Shown here in pieces: positions 52,300-64,000 of a stretch of 64,000 nt of DNA. The position numbers and the translations under genes were made by a program. Source of the DNA: Lama glama (Eukaryota); NCBI GenBank assembly GCA_028534125.1, contig CM052817.1, forward strand, positions 43,898,001 through 43,962,000, given 5' to 3'. Below the pieces are notes generated by a model, which was not told the DNA's origin, did not search any database, and saw only the letters and a program-made list of their open reading frames with translations. Every line of letters begins with the position of its first letter. The stretch's first letter is position 1.

Positions 52300-53645
52300 A
52301 ATAATGCTTATAGCATCTGTGTAGAAGCTGTAGAGAAGGGATAATAAAGTGAATTGAAATAGAGAGGAGGCATATTTAAGATTTTACATTACCAAGGCTT
52401 GATGGCTTGGATTAGTGAGTAACTATATGTAAACCAGTATGTCTTATTAAAAAGAAACATCTACTGGAATGAAGGGAGAAAGACCCCTATATGTCAGAAT
52501 ATCACCTGAATGGAAATCTGTGAGACAGAAAGTAGAAGCAGAGTGGAGTATGTTTGCTTATATGTGGGAGGGGAGAAAGCAAGAAGTATTTTTGTTTTAA
52601 AGTAGTATGGATAGAATATAAATAGCTATTTCTTAATATATTATAAATGTATTATAATTATAAAATAAACACAGAAACAAGATAAGTTGTAGGAGATTAC
52701 AGCTGTCTATACTAGGACTGGAAATCTCATTTTCTCAAAACAGAGTCCCTGCAAAGTTCTTAAGGTGCAAGAAGCATAATTATGCTCTTATTTAATTCTC
52801 ACTAGAAAGAAGGAATTTACTTGGTTTCTTAGCTCTCAACTATATCTCTTCCTTTCTTTAACTGTTGGTGAAGTTGAAATAATAAAAATTGAGAGTATGA
52901 CTCTGACCCTTTTAGTATTTCTAAGCACCAAGGAGAGGAGTGTTGTAATGATATGTGCTCTGTTTAGGAAAACTGGTTTTATTTTTCTGAACTTTTTGAA
53001 ACCAAAAATGTTAAAAAGTGGATGCCTCAAGAAAATTGGGAAGTTTTAAAAGTCAAAAGTAGGGCAGTGCAATCATAAATTATACCAATGAAGTGGAAAG
53101 TTGGAGGCATCTAATGAACCAAGTAATTGTTCAGGATTCATTTTAAAAGTATTTTTTTTTCAATGAAGAGAAGTCAATAACCAAGCATATGTTTTTTCAA
53201 AAAGAGTTTAGGAGCCTGTGATTTTTGCCAAGAAAATGCAAACGATGAGTGAAAGTGCTAAGGCAGTGAGGAGGATATTTTAAATACATCTGTGCTGTGA
53301 AGGGGTACACCCCATGTGGATTGTACAGGCACTAATTGATGATCAAGAGAAAACCAGAGCTATATAACTTCTACTTTCCTTTCATTGTCTCTGTTGAAGA
53401 GAATTATTTTGAAAGTAGAAAGGCTAAGTAATACCAACTGAGGAGGAGATTGGCAAGAGAGTCACTAAGCTGCCTTCGCTAGTTAGCTTTCGAAATCAAG
53501 ATAATTATATCCATGGTATTAAAAGATCTTGCCAAAATATGATTAGAGAAATGACCTGGGTCATCTATTATGAATCCTGGGGTATAGGAGAAGCTCTAGG
53601 ATATTGGAGATGAAAAAACCGTCTTGTTTTTCAAAGGGAAAGACT
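52300..53645 (+). mobile_element. Ancient CR1/L3 LINE ORF2 remnant
   Basis: Degenerate matches to CR1 ORF2 motifs: gatgatcaagagaaaaccagagct..aacttctactt (DD.EK.E..N.YF), atccatggtattaaaagatcttgc (HPRVLKELA), gaatcctggggtataggagaagctctaggatattggaga..tttttcaaaggg (SW..GEVPEDW....IFKKG). Confidence 0.65.
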
Positions 53646-53693
53646 TTTCAAGCATAGTTTCCCTCATCTTTGTAGTGGTAATAGTCATACTGT

Positions 53694-54050
53694 CTGTTAT
53701 AGTTTGGGTTCTCCAGAAAGAAGGCCGAGTTAGTTTGGTGTCCAGGAGTTTATTAGGGAAAAGGAAGGGGAGAAAGCAGGATTGGGCCTAGAGAATAGAT
53801 CTGTGTTGTCTCTGACAACCTCAGCTGACCCCACCTGTAGCTTTGGAGCTGAAATGGCCTGTGAGAGTTAACCCAGGAGAAACCAAAATCGCCAGACCTT
53901 TATCTTTTGCTTCTGATCTATAATTGGATATGTGCCACTCCCAGGAGTTCTTGACCTTGACTGAGGCAGCTCTCTGCAGCTGGAGCAATTGCTCAAGGAT
54001 TGATGAGGAATCTGGGCAGCATCTTTTTATGTCTACCCCTTTGCAGAGAT
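53694..54050. mobile_element. ERVL-class LTR (LTR16-like) remnant
   Basis: tgttatagtttgggttctccagaaag...gagtttattaggg...gctgacccca...ggagctgaaatggcc. Confidence 0.5.
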
Positions 54051-54359
54051 ACAAGTAGTAAATAACTGGCTTTGAACTCAGAAAAAGCAAGCTATTTGTT
54101 TTGTTTATGTAAATTAGGAATTTTATTAATACCGTGTAACCAAAGCAAAATAGAGAAATAAATTGGATACTGAGACTGGTATAAAACTATAATTATCATT
54201 TATATTCTCTGATTTCAAATTTTTATAATCATCAAAACTATTCATTTTTAGTGATTGATTTATTCAAACATAATACTGCTTCTGTTTTATAAATGAGATA
54301 TACCAGAAATTGTTTGAAAAAGGTGTTCCATTGCTTAAAGATGTTTGAAAAAAGTCTGA

Positions 54360-54965
54360 GGTGAAAGATGATCAATTCTATCTGTAGAATTTATTTTGAA
54401 TCTGCCTACTATTCATTATTTCTCTTGCTTTAGCCTAAGCCACTGTGATCTGTCATCCAAACAATCTCAGAAACTTTCTGATTGGTCTCATATTTCCAAA
54501 CTTTGGCTTCTGCAGTTCTCTACAGTACAGCTGCGGTGATCTTCAAAAACATAAATCAAATAATATCACGTTCTTGCTTAGAACCTGCTTCAGTCATTCC
54601 TCTTCCTCTTAATCTCCAACATCATTTCATACCTTTCCGTTCTCTTCTAGACCATAAACATACAAAGCTATTTGCTGGCCCAGGACCTTTCACTTCTTCC
54701 TCTATCTGAGATGCTCTTAATCCCATTCTTCACCTTCGTAACTCCTCATCCTTCATGTTTCAGTTTAAATGTCACCACTTTAAAGTAGAGGATGGAAACT
54801 GCCCTCCCTTTAATCACTCTGGGTAACAGTAGGCAGTAGGCACATGACTTGACCTTTTATTCTCATCAGCACATCCGAGACATTCAAAATTGGAGCAGGG
54901 AAAGGAGTATTGTTTCATCTAGCACAGTGTCCTGCAATGCAGTAAGATTTCAGTCAATATTTTTG
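54360..54965 (+). mobile_element. L2 LINE 3' remnants
   Basis: tctctacagtacagctgcggtgatcttcaaaaacataaatcaaataatatcac...ccaggacctttcac...tcagtcaatatttttgaa. Confidence 0.6.
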
Positions 54966-55519
54966 AAGGCATGTGTGCAGGCTTGTGTTTCAAAGCTAGG
55001 AGGAAGATGGGGTGGAGACTTTTTATAAGAGCAAAGATTATCTTCTCTCCACTTAAAACCTTGTGAAAACTAGACAGTATATTTATTTAGCAGGTTTTGG
55101 TCATTTATAAATACTTCACAAACTTAATCAAATGAAGCTGAAAGGGGTTAGTTAAATGGCTTGACTAAAGTCATACTGCTATTAAATGTCAGTGCTAAAC
55201 TAAGTTCTGTTAAGTACTACATCTCTACCATACCTAATTTGGCACTAAGGAAAGAAAATATTATTCGTGCAGATGCAGAATTATAATTGCAGGGTGTATC
55301 ATTCCTCATCTTATAGATTCTGTTCTTTTTCATTTACATACTCCCAAATTCAGCTTTCCAGTAAAAGCCAGGTGGAAAAATTGGCTTCTCCTTAGCCAAG
55401 ATAAGTGTGTGTCCCTGCATTTTCCTGAGAAATTTTTTTTAATGTGGTGAAAATAAAACTGCAAACAGGGTAGGAAGATTTTATTCTGTTCTTTTTCATT
55501 AACTTGCAGACTTGGTTAA

Positions 55520-55835
55520 GGTTGTATTCACCTTTGAATACCAGAAAATCCCAACAGTAGCTTGAAAAAATAGTAGAAGAGTAATTTTCTCACACAAGAA
55601 GTCCAAAAATGGCAGTCCAAATCTGGTTGAGCTCCTTCCCCATCCATAGTGGGATAACTTTTGCCAAAATGGTTCTGACTACATGGGCATAGATGTAAAA
55701 GGGCAAAGGAATATACAAGTACACATACACACACCCATGTTTGCTTGGTGGCACTTTCAAGACAGTTTTTACAGTAATCAGACTTTTTTCCCTCCCATTG
55801 GCCAGAATTGTATCACCTGGCCCTGAAAAGCTAAA
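55520..55835. mobile_element. Old MLT1-type LTR remnant
   Basis: ccagaaaatcccaacagtagcttgaaaaaa...tctcacacaagaagtcc...ccattggccagaattgtatcacctggcc. Confidence 0.5.
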
Positions 55836-55951
55836 AAATATCTAGGGAGACAGTGAATAGTGTCTGTATCTTGTGCTCCCTTCATTTAATGTCTTTTAGC
55901 AGGACAGTCCAAGTACCTGGTACCATAATACTAATACATTGTACCTTTCAG

Positions 55952-56103
55952 ATTTACATTGGTGCAGAAGCATACAGTGGAGTTTAACCAAGTGGCAATG
56001 GCTAATTCAGATGGATCCGAAGCTATGCTGAACAGAGTAATGACAAAAGACAACATTGGTGTCGCTGTGGTATTAGAGGTCCACAAAGAACTATTTGGAG
56101 CAA
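55952..56103 (+). CDS. CNOT6L: CNOT6L exon 9 (FTLVQKHTVEFNQVAMANSDGSEAMLNRVMTKDNIGVAVVLEVHKELFGA)
   Basis: tttcag|ATTTACA ... GCAA|gtgagt; in phase with exons 8 and 10. Confidence 0.95.
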
Positions 56104-58265
56104 GTGAGTGCAATTTAAAATATTTTTACTAAAACTAAACACCATCCCAAGTTTTCTCTTCTCAAGTGCAGAGAGTCTTGCTGGTATTTATTGCATAGTT
56201 ATTTCCTTGTCTTTTGAGGAAAGCTAAGGGAGAGGGCAGGAAAAGAGCACCATCAAGCATCATATACATCCTGGGGTATTACTTACCAGGTAATGTGTAA
56301 AAAGAAAAGTCTTTAATATGCCATTAATTCCAGAAGGTTATTTGAAATAAGAAATGTTTTAGGCTGAATTTGGAAATTATGATGGCTTGGTTCTCTTTTT
56401 AGCCATATTTTTAGCTTCTTGAATGTAAAATCTTTTGTCTTTAAGGATAAGTACTTGGCACGTTTTCTCTAATTTCTTTGTTATATTTCAGTCATTGTCA
56501 GAGTACGAGCAGGATCTTTTATCTACCTGGTACTTTTCCATTGTAGATTATTTATAGCTTCCTTCAAAGTCAGAAACTCATTATGTACTTTGCATATCCA
56601 GACCTTTTTTTCCCCTTTCTACTGCTTGCCTTTGAGCATTTCATTGTTTACTTAACTATATTTTAGGTAAGAGGGAGGAGAAGTATAAGACCACTGCCTG
56701 TAGAGGAAAAGATTTTTCCCTTAAGTATTGATTTGAATCGTTCAGACCATATGTATTTGTCAAACGTTTTCTCACTGGTCTTCAGTTTATCCATCATCAA
56801 AGACAGTCAGTCTTTGATATGAAATTTTAAATTCTTCCTCTTTTTCACCCTCTCCATTTTTGCTTTTTTGTCCTTTCCAATCTCATTCTTCTTAAAAGTT
56901 TGGTACCTTTTCTTCTGACAATGAGAATATTGAATTCCTTTTGGAGTTTTAATCTCCTTTTAATTTGCAGAAGAGTAATTGTAAATTATACAGTAGACAT
57001 TCACTTGCTGAAATAATGTCTCTCTCATACTCCCAGAGGTGGAATATAATATTATAGAAGGTGCTTATGGCTTCTTTGAAGCGGCAAGCTTTAAATATTT
57101 AATACAGTGAACATTTAATCTCCAGCCAAAAGTGACACTAGAAAACTTCTAGGGAGAAAAAAGAGAGCTTAGAGAATTTTGGCTGCAAATTTTTATCTTA
57201 TAATCTGATTGCTTTAAAAATGATGTTCTGTCACATGTAACAGACACTTCAGTTACTTGTTTACTTAACACTAAAGATAATTATAGCTTGGTAAGGTGGA
57301 AGGAAACTTTACCAAAATAGTAGGCTGAGAAAATCAGGTCTTTCTGTAGAATTTATATTTTCAACAGAAAAACTTAAGAGCTACTTCCATAGAAATTTCA
57401 GTAGAAAAATTAACCTTGTATACAGTCAAGTAATATTCCAACAGTACAAAAGTGTATAAAGTAAAAAGTGAGAGTTCCCTTATCTTATTTATATCCTCTA
57501 GTTCATGTTCATTTCTTTACGCATTACTAATATATGTGTATAGTTTTATTTAAGTGGCGTCATACCATGCATATTGAGCTTTGTGCCTTAAAAATTTGAT
57601 GAGCATCTTTCTCTGTCAGTACGTGTTAATAACTAAGTTTATTTCATAACTTGTCCCTTCAAAGAGGCCATAAGCCTCTTTTTTTTTAATGTGTTATCCT
57701 CATCTACCGTTTTGAAAGTACCATGTTAATATTTATTTTGGCAGAATTAAGAAACAGTATTCTGGGGGAAAAAAGAACCTTACAGATTTTCTAGTTGAAT
57801 ATCTTACTGTCCAAATGAACCTGAGCACCAAAAAGTTTAAATAATGAGTAATAAAAGGTTAGTAATTAGTGATAGAACCAGGTCTAAACCCACGTTCAAA
57901 CTCTGAAAGCACATACTCCCTAATTCTCACTTTTTAAAATACTTCTTTTAAGTATATGGAATGAATCTGTTTTGGTAGTAAATTCACTTAATTTATTTCA
58001 TATAGATTAATATAATGTTGTTGCCTTACTGACACTGTCACTGATGTGCTCCAGAAATGCAGAGTGAATGAGTACTGACCAGCAGGAGGAGTTTAAATTA
58101 TAGTTTAGGTGATTCCAATAACCGAAAACCTGTCTCACTAGGTCACTGTGATATTTAAGTGACAGATACTTAAAGTGCTTGTTTACACCAAGAACTCAGC
58201 AAATCAAGGTACTATAATCAAATGTTGGTTATATCATGGTATAATTCCTAACTTGGGGAGAGAGT

Positions 58266-58466
58266 AGGAGCTGGCAAACTTTTTCTAAAAGGGCCAGATA
58301 GTTAATAGTTTAGGCTTTGTGGGCCACATATGGTCTCTATCACAGTCTTTTAAAAAATGTTTTATAGAACCCTGTAAAAATGTAAAGCCAGCCTTAGAAT
58401 ATACAGGCTGTACAAAAACAGGTGGTGGGCCAGATTTAGCCCATGGGCTGCAGTTTGTCGGCCCCC
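58266..58466. mobile_element. MER58-like hAT-Charlie MITE
   Basis: ggcaaactttttctaaaagggccagatagt ... gggccagatttagcccatgggctgcagtttgtcggcccc with inverted termini. Confidence 0.8.
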
Positions 58467-58654
58467 ATGTTGGGATTACCAGAATCTCAGCACTTAAGCT
58501 TCTAAGAACTGCTTCATGAGGTAAAGGGAAAGATATAAATTAATAGAAAAGAGTAAAGAAGTGGCTGTGGGTTTTGGGGAGAAAACATTAAGATACTGCT
58601 TTTTTGATACATAAAGTATAACTTGATCGTTTTTTCCCTAATGATTAAATTTAG

Positions 58655-58882
58655 GTCTGAAGCCTATTCATGCTGCAGACAAACAGCTGCTTATAGTGGC
58701 AAATGCCCACATGCATTGGGACCCAGAGTATTCTGATGTGAAACTCATTCAGACCATGATGTTTGTCTCAGAGGTTAAAAACATTCTGGAGAAAGCCTCA
58801 AGTAGGCCTGGCAGCCCAACTGCAGATCCTAATTCCATCCCGCTGGTGCTATGTGCAGATCTTAACTCATTGCCAGATTCAG
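58655..58882 (+). CDS. CNOT6L: CNOT6L exon 10 (SLKPIHAADKQLLIVANAHMHWDPEYSDVK...LCADLNSLPDS)
   Basis: atttag|GTCTGAAG ... TCAG|gtattt; NAHMHW and ADLN EEP motifs. Confidence 0.96.
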
Positions 58883-58991
58883 GTATTTATAACATCATTT
58901 CCTCTTGCCTTTAATTTTGCTTTTACTTCTAGTTGAAAGGCCAGCTAGCTCTTAACTTTTTAGTAGAGAATTTCTCTTCTAAATTAGAGAG

Positions 58992-59475
58992 TGTATCAGT
59001 AAGATCCCAGGTATAGGACATGTGGTAATTGAGGAGAGTTTATTTAAGCTATTTCCAAAGGTGTGTGCAGGGTTAAGGGACACAAAAAAATGAATGATGC
59101 AGTATCCTGCCACGAGGGGAGTTAGGGACCCTTCACCACCCCTACACCAAAAGGGAAAAGTGGTAAGAGCTGTTATCAGAACCTGGAAAAAGTAGTTAGG
59201 AGGAGAGGTCCATGTAATAGGAGTGATGGATTTGTATTATGATAAGATTAACCCCCGGCAAACCAACAAAAAGGGAGCCAGGGGAATATTTATCCCTGCC
59301 TCACTCTGTTCCTGTCCTCCCATTTCTTGTTGCCCCTGCTGCCCATTGACCAGATCCAACTAGAAGCTAGAGTGGGAGGGGTTCACAGTTGGTGCAAGTA
59401 AAGGTCAGCCTCAGGCAGCACAGGGTGCAGTAGAGGACAGTGAGCTGAAGAGGCAATCAGAAGTTATTCAGTACG
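58992..59475. mobile_element. Old ERVL-type LTR remnant
   Basis: tgtatcagtaagatcccagg...gaggagagtttatttaag...cccattgaccagatccaactagaagctagag. Confidence 0.45.
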
Positions 59476-59760
59476 GTAGCTATCTGGTTTATTAATGTTG
59501 ACGTCTTTTAAGTGAACTCATTAAGTGATATCTGAATACTGATAATAGGTGCTGAAGAGTAATCAGAATTATCTTAGGACTTCACATTTACTTCTTGAGC
59601 TCCTCTAAACTACTTTATGTCCTAATTAAATTATTTGAGATCTCTGTATAAAAATCAGTTCTGCATTTAAATATTGTAATTCAAATATAAAACATTAAAC
59701 TGTTGCTGTTTTGGTATTACCAAAGCATATTCTAAATTTTGTATATTTTCAGTAGGCTAG

Positions 59761-59887
59761 TTTTTAAAAAATTTGGGGTGGGTAATTAGGTTTATTTATT
59801 TATTTTTAGAGGAGGTACTGGGGATTGAACTCAGGAGCTTGTTCATGCTAAGCATGCACGCTGTCACTTGAGCTATACCCTCCCCCC
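59761..59887 (-). mobile_element. tRNA-derived SINE, camelid Vic-1-like
   Basis: Reverse complement GGGGGGAGGGTATAGCTCAAGTG...GAGTTCAATCCCCAGTACCTCC + A-rich tail; degenerate TSD tcagtaggcta / tcagtaagcca. Confidence 0.85.
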
Positions 59888-60224
59888 TCAGTAAGCCATT
59901 TTAAATTGTCTAAAATAACCACTCAACAATAAATATAAAATTAACACCCCAAAAGTAAAAAATTAACCCCAGTGCCTACCATCATAATATTAATAGAAGT
60001 CTCAAATCTGGAAAACATCTCTACTTTTTCTCCTTAGCAAATAAATCTAAAATCATCCTTTCACAAATGTTTGTCTTCAGCCCCTAGCCCCCATTGATAC
60101 CTTAACCATGTCCTCTTTTCTTAATCCTTTTTTTGAGTTGAATTGTTCTCAGGCACAAGTTTCCCTCTATGATTGATTTGTTTAAGCCAATGAGCTGTTA
60201 TTTGGTATCACAGATTAATTAGTT

Positions 60225-60420
60225 GACTTGAGCCAGATTGTCACGGCTGAATCCTGGTTCTACCAATTAGGAGCTGTGCAATTTATGACTAAGTTCCTCA
60301 TTTTTAAATAAAGGGATAACCATCTTATCTACTTCATGGAGTTGTTCGTGAGGTATAAGTGTAGGAGGCACTTACAGCAGTGCCAGGTGTATAGTAAACG
60401 CTAAATAAATGATAGCTTCT
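60225..60420 (+). mobile_element. MIR SINE
   Basis: gagccagattgtcacggctgaatcctggttctacca...acagcagtgccaggtgtatagtaaacgctaaataaatgatagc. Confidence 0.75.
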
Positions 60421-61203
60421 TTTCAGCTGTTCACAATACCAGCGTTGCAACTCATCACTTACTCCTTGTGTGTTGCTGTCATTCCTGATCACAGTTAGAG
60501 ATGACTGACAGTGTTTACTAATCATCATCAGAGGAAGGGTTGTGGTACCTTTTTTTTTTAATGTTTACTTAATTCAGTGGAAGTGGTGTACTTTTTTGAA
60601 TGCTTCTACTCTCTTCAGCTTTTTGGACACATATAATATTTTTGACCAAGTTTTATACCTCCAGCATATAATGTCCTGGTTAGTGTCAGACTGAAAAAAA
60701 CTCACTGTAGCTCCAGACAAAGGATGGCGTTGTGGAGCTTAAACTAGGCATTGCAATGTTGAAAATGCAAAATCTATTTTTGTTGTTAATGGTTTTTAAA
60801 TTTTTTATTATGTGTGCTGTATTTTACATATTCTGAAAGTTGTTGATTGCATAGAATGGTGAATACTGAAGAGATAGTTGTTTGAAATAATCTAAAAACA
60901 TTTAGGGTCAAGACCTTCCTGGCAAATGCCACCCTAGATCTGGGAATCAGCTTGAAGACCCATTAAGAAAACTGAGGATAATTCTGAGTGATCCTGGTAT
61001 TTTGCTCTGAAATAGGCAGGTACCCTTCAGTTTGATTGAACCATATGAAATTGCTCATACTTGGTTTTTAACAACAACAAAAAGGCAGTTTCATGTGGCT
61101 CAATGTGATAAAACCACTCTGAACCTGGTGCATGCATCTGGCAACAGATTTTGGCCATGAAGTCTTGTGTAAGGTCTAGTTTCTTCCATCTTTATTCTGT
61201 TAG

Positions 61204-61406
61204 GTGTTGTGGAATATTTAAGCAATGGAGGAGTAGCTGACAACCACAAAGACTTCAAGGAACTAAGATACAATGAGTGTCTTATGAACTTCAGCTGCAA
61301 TGGAAAGAATGGAAGCTCGGAAGGGAGAATCACACATGGCTTCCAACTGAAGAGCGCCTATGAAAATAACTTGATGCCTTACACCAATTACACCTTTGAT
61401 TTCAAA
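61204..61406 (+). CDS. CNOT6L: CNOT6L exon 11 (GVVEYLSNGGVADNHKDF...YTNYTFDFK)
   Basis: tgttag|GTGTTGTG ... TTCAAA|gtaagt. Confidence 0.96.
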
Positions 61407-63674
61407 GTAAGTGACAGCCTCTGGGCTGGCATAGAAATTACCAAATACACAAGAAAGGTGTATGTTATTTCTGCTTAATTGCATGATCTTCAGGAATTTT
61501 TAGATTTTCGAAATGTCTTTGCTAAGTGTGCACCTAAATATAAGGAGGTTTGTTAGGTTTTGTGGTTATTGTTGACTTAAGAATTCTTTTTGTACCCTCA
61601 TTTCTTCAAATTTCAAATAACCATGATAATAGCACAGACTTCCAGAATGCTAAGTATGTGCCAGGCACTGTTCAATAGCATTTTTTATTTATTAATATAG
61701 TTGCATTTCACCTGTCCATACCATTTCTAACTTACAGTAACATCCCTAACAGTAAGGATTCGAATAATAAGCAACCTGATACAGCTAAACTATCACCTTG
61801 AATGAATTTGTATAGTATTCCTCCCAAATTTTCATAGTACTTTTCATTGTTTTCTCATTTACCTTCAAATTTTCCAGGTTTCTTTGGGAGATGGGATTAG
61901 AGAGGGTTGTACTTAGGGTCTGTTTTACATTCATGTTGTCATACTAGTATATTCCCAGGCAGTGGGACACTCCAGCTTAGTAAAAGGACCAAAAAAGTTT
62001 TTTTTTGTACAATAAGAAGAAAAATTAGAGGGCCAGTTGTAGAAGACCAGTTGTAGTTGTTGAAACACTGGTGGTAATGGTTTTCTGTGGTTAATTCCTT
62101 TCCCTTTGCCAGTTTTCTGTTCACTCTGCCTGTTGTACCTCTGTTTGATTTTCTGGCATTTCAGGCATATGTACCAAAATCTTATACCATCCTGAAAAAA
62201 TGCAAATGTTACAAAGTGGTTGAGAGTAAGAGGCCCAGAGGGATTGAACAAAATACCAAAGGAAATTTATGAAATGCACTCTTAAACATCTCTAATAACC
62301 TTTTCCCATTTTCAGTGCTTGTTAGCTGCTTTCCAAGAAACGAGTAGTAGGAAGAAGACAGGAAAGTCATGTGCTGATGCTGTTGGCCAGTTTCTGTAAT
62401 CAAGAAGTGGAGGAAAATTGCTTAGAAGTTGAATCCAATTTTAATGTTTTTGCTTTTAGGCTAGATAATACTGTTCAGAGATAATTGACTTTGTTCAGAT
62501 CATTGATATGCAGTAATGTGCTGGCAATATTTAATAACCAGCTTTCTGGGAAAAAAGAAGCTCAAATTTGTAATGTTTGCTGATTTCTGTGGTATAAGTA
62601 ATAGACTTCAAGCTCCCCACAGAAAAGCATTGAATGCTGAATGGGGATGAAGCGCTAAGAAAGTAGGTACTAGCTGACTCTGTTACACCACTGCTCCTGT
62701 GTGAGCTTAGAGGAAAACCTCCAGATTTAATGATACACAGTTAACTATAGGTTAATTCCTATCCTTTTGACTACAGTGGTATATTATATATCTTTGCGAG
62801 CACAACCCAGAAAACCTAAAGTTCTGTAAGATAAATGTCAAGTGCTTCTATGACTCTTATTGTTGTCTTTATACGTGTATAGGTAAAAAGACCAAATCAT
62901 TTCTATCTTGTCTAGGCTTTTATAAGGGTTACTTTTTTCCTTATCCGTAAAGTAAAAATTAGAGAAACAAAATGTGGGATATTAATCTAAACCCATCTTC
63001 CTCAATCATCTGAGCTGTTTAAAAATCTTTTGTTGATGTTTCTTCAAAAGATCTTATGTGCATTAATAATTGAATCAAAAACCTTACTGAACCATTTTTA
63101 TTGTCTATAGAAGTACAGTTAAAGAACCAAAAGTGCATAGACCAAAGAGGGTTTAATGTTTGCATATGTAGGATAGGATGAGAAAGGACAGAGCTATAAA
63201 TCCGTGCAAGAGAGGCATGTATGGGAAGATAAATATACTGGCTGGCTGGATAGATGGATGGGAGGGTGGAACAGGATGGGAAGGAAGGATGATCAGAGAA
63301 CAAACTAAGGGCATACCTGACTAGAGAGAATTAAGCCTTTAGTCCAAATAGCAGACAATAAACTTTTCAATTTCGTACGAAACATTTTATGTAATTAGTG
63401 CTATGCCAGTATTGAAGACAATCAGTAATATCAGGTATAAAAGTGTTTTGTAATTAGCATTAAATACAGATCCAAATACAATATTCTGCCATTGTATCAG
63501 TGGAGTGCTGTTAAATTTTTGTTTACTTGGCTTAGCATTTGTTTACTTTCTTGGTTCTTGAATAAATTAGGAATGTAGAAAAGTGCTGTTTAGAACTCAG
63601 AGTCATTTAATCTACAACTGATTTGGAGTGATTCAAAGAGTAAGCAGTTAGGAGAATTACTTATAAACCAGGTA

Positions 63675-64000
63675 TCTTAGTGAGTTTAGGTTGCTAAAGC
63701 AGGATACCATGAACTGTGTGGCTTTTAAAATAACAAATTTATCTCACAATTCTGGGGGCTGAAAGTGTACGATAAGGATGCCAGCTTGGTCGGGTTCTAA
63801 CGAGGGTCCTCTTCTGGGTTGCAAACAGCTGTTTTCTCACTGCATCCTCACATGGTGGAGAGGGCAAGAGAGTTCTCTAGGGTCCCTTTTATAGAATACT
63901 AATCCCATTTGTGAAGCTTCCACCTTTATGACCTAATCACCTGCCAGAAGTCCACCTCCTTACACAGTCACATTAGGGGGTTAGGATTTCAACATATGAA
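63675..64000. mobile_element. MLT1A-type MaLR LTR, runs off window end
   Basis: atctcacaattctggggg...cctcacatggtggagagggcaagagagttctct...atgacctaatcacct...gggggttaggatttcaacatatgaa. Confidence 0.85.

Larger units (their letters stand above)
21497..61406 (+). other. CNOT6L: CNOT6L gene, partial (coding exons 2-11); exon 1 upstream and final coding exon downstream of the window
   Basis: Ten exons (122,187,86,90,69,158,155,152,228,203 nt) with canonical AG/GT boundaries and compatible phases translate without stops to LIGMPKEKYDPPDPRR...YTNYTFDFK, matching recalled human CNOT6L rather than CNOT6. Confidence 0.97.

Noticed and set aside
1..64000. CRISPR array, operon, nested gene, snoRNA/miRNA or retrogene
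   Set aside because: No regular repeat-spacer array, and remaining short ORFs are L1-derived or low-complexity. No RNA gene was recognisable by eye, though an Rfam/Infernal scan is needed to exclude small ncRNAs.

Overview
Mammalian genomic DNA, AT-rich, CpG-poor and repeat-dense, containing most of a + strand CNOT6L gene (CCR4-NOT deadenylase subunit CCR4b). Ten coding exons (21497-61406, 1450 nt, all GT-AG) splice in frame to give the LRR domain and most of the EEP nuclease domain. Exon 1/promoter and the last coding exon lie outside the window. Exon numbers and residue numbers follow human CNOT6L as recalled. Introns hold mostly antisense L1s (nested, 5'-inverted and internally deleted copies), MIR/L2/CR1 fossils, hAT and Tigger MITEs, solo LTRs and two tRNA-derived SINEs resembling camelid Vic-1, suggesting a camelid genome. 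There is one 500-N gap. I see no new multi-gene system. The most notable signal is a tandem splice acceptor (CAG|ACTAATAG|GGATG) at exon 2 that would switch exon 2-4 back-spliced circles between a stop-terminated LRR-only ORF and a stop-less rolling-circle ORF; this is inference and untested. Repeat family names come from recalled consensus motifs, not a database search, and repeat boundaries are approximate unless TSDs/TIRs are given.
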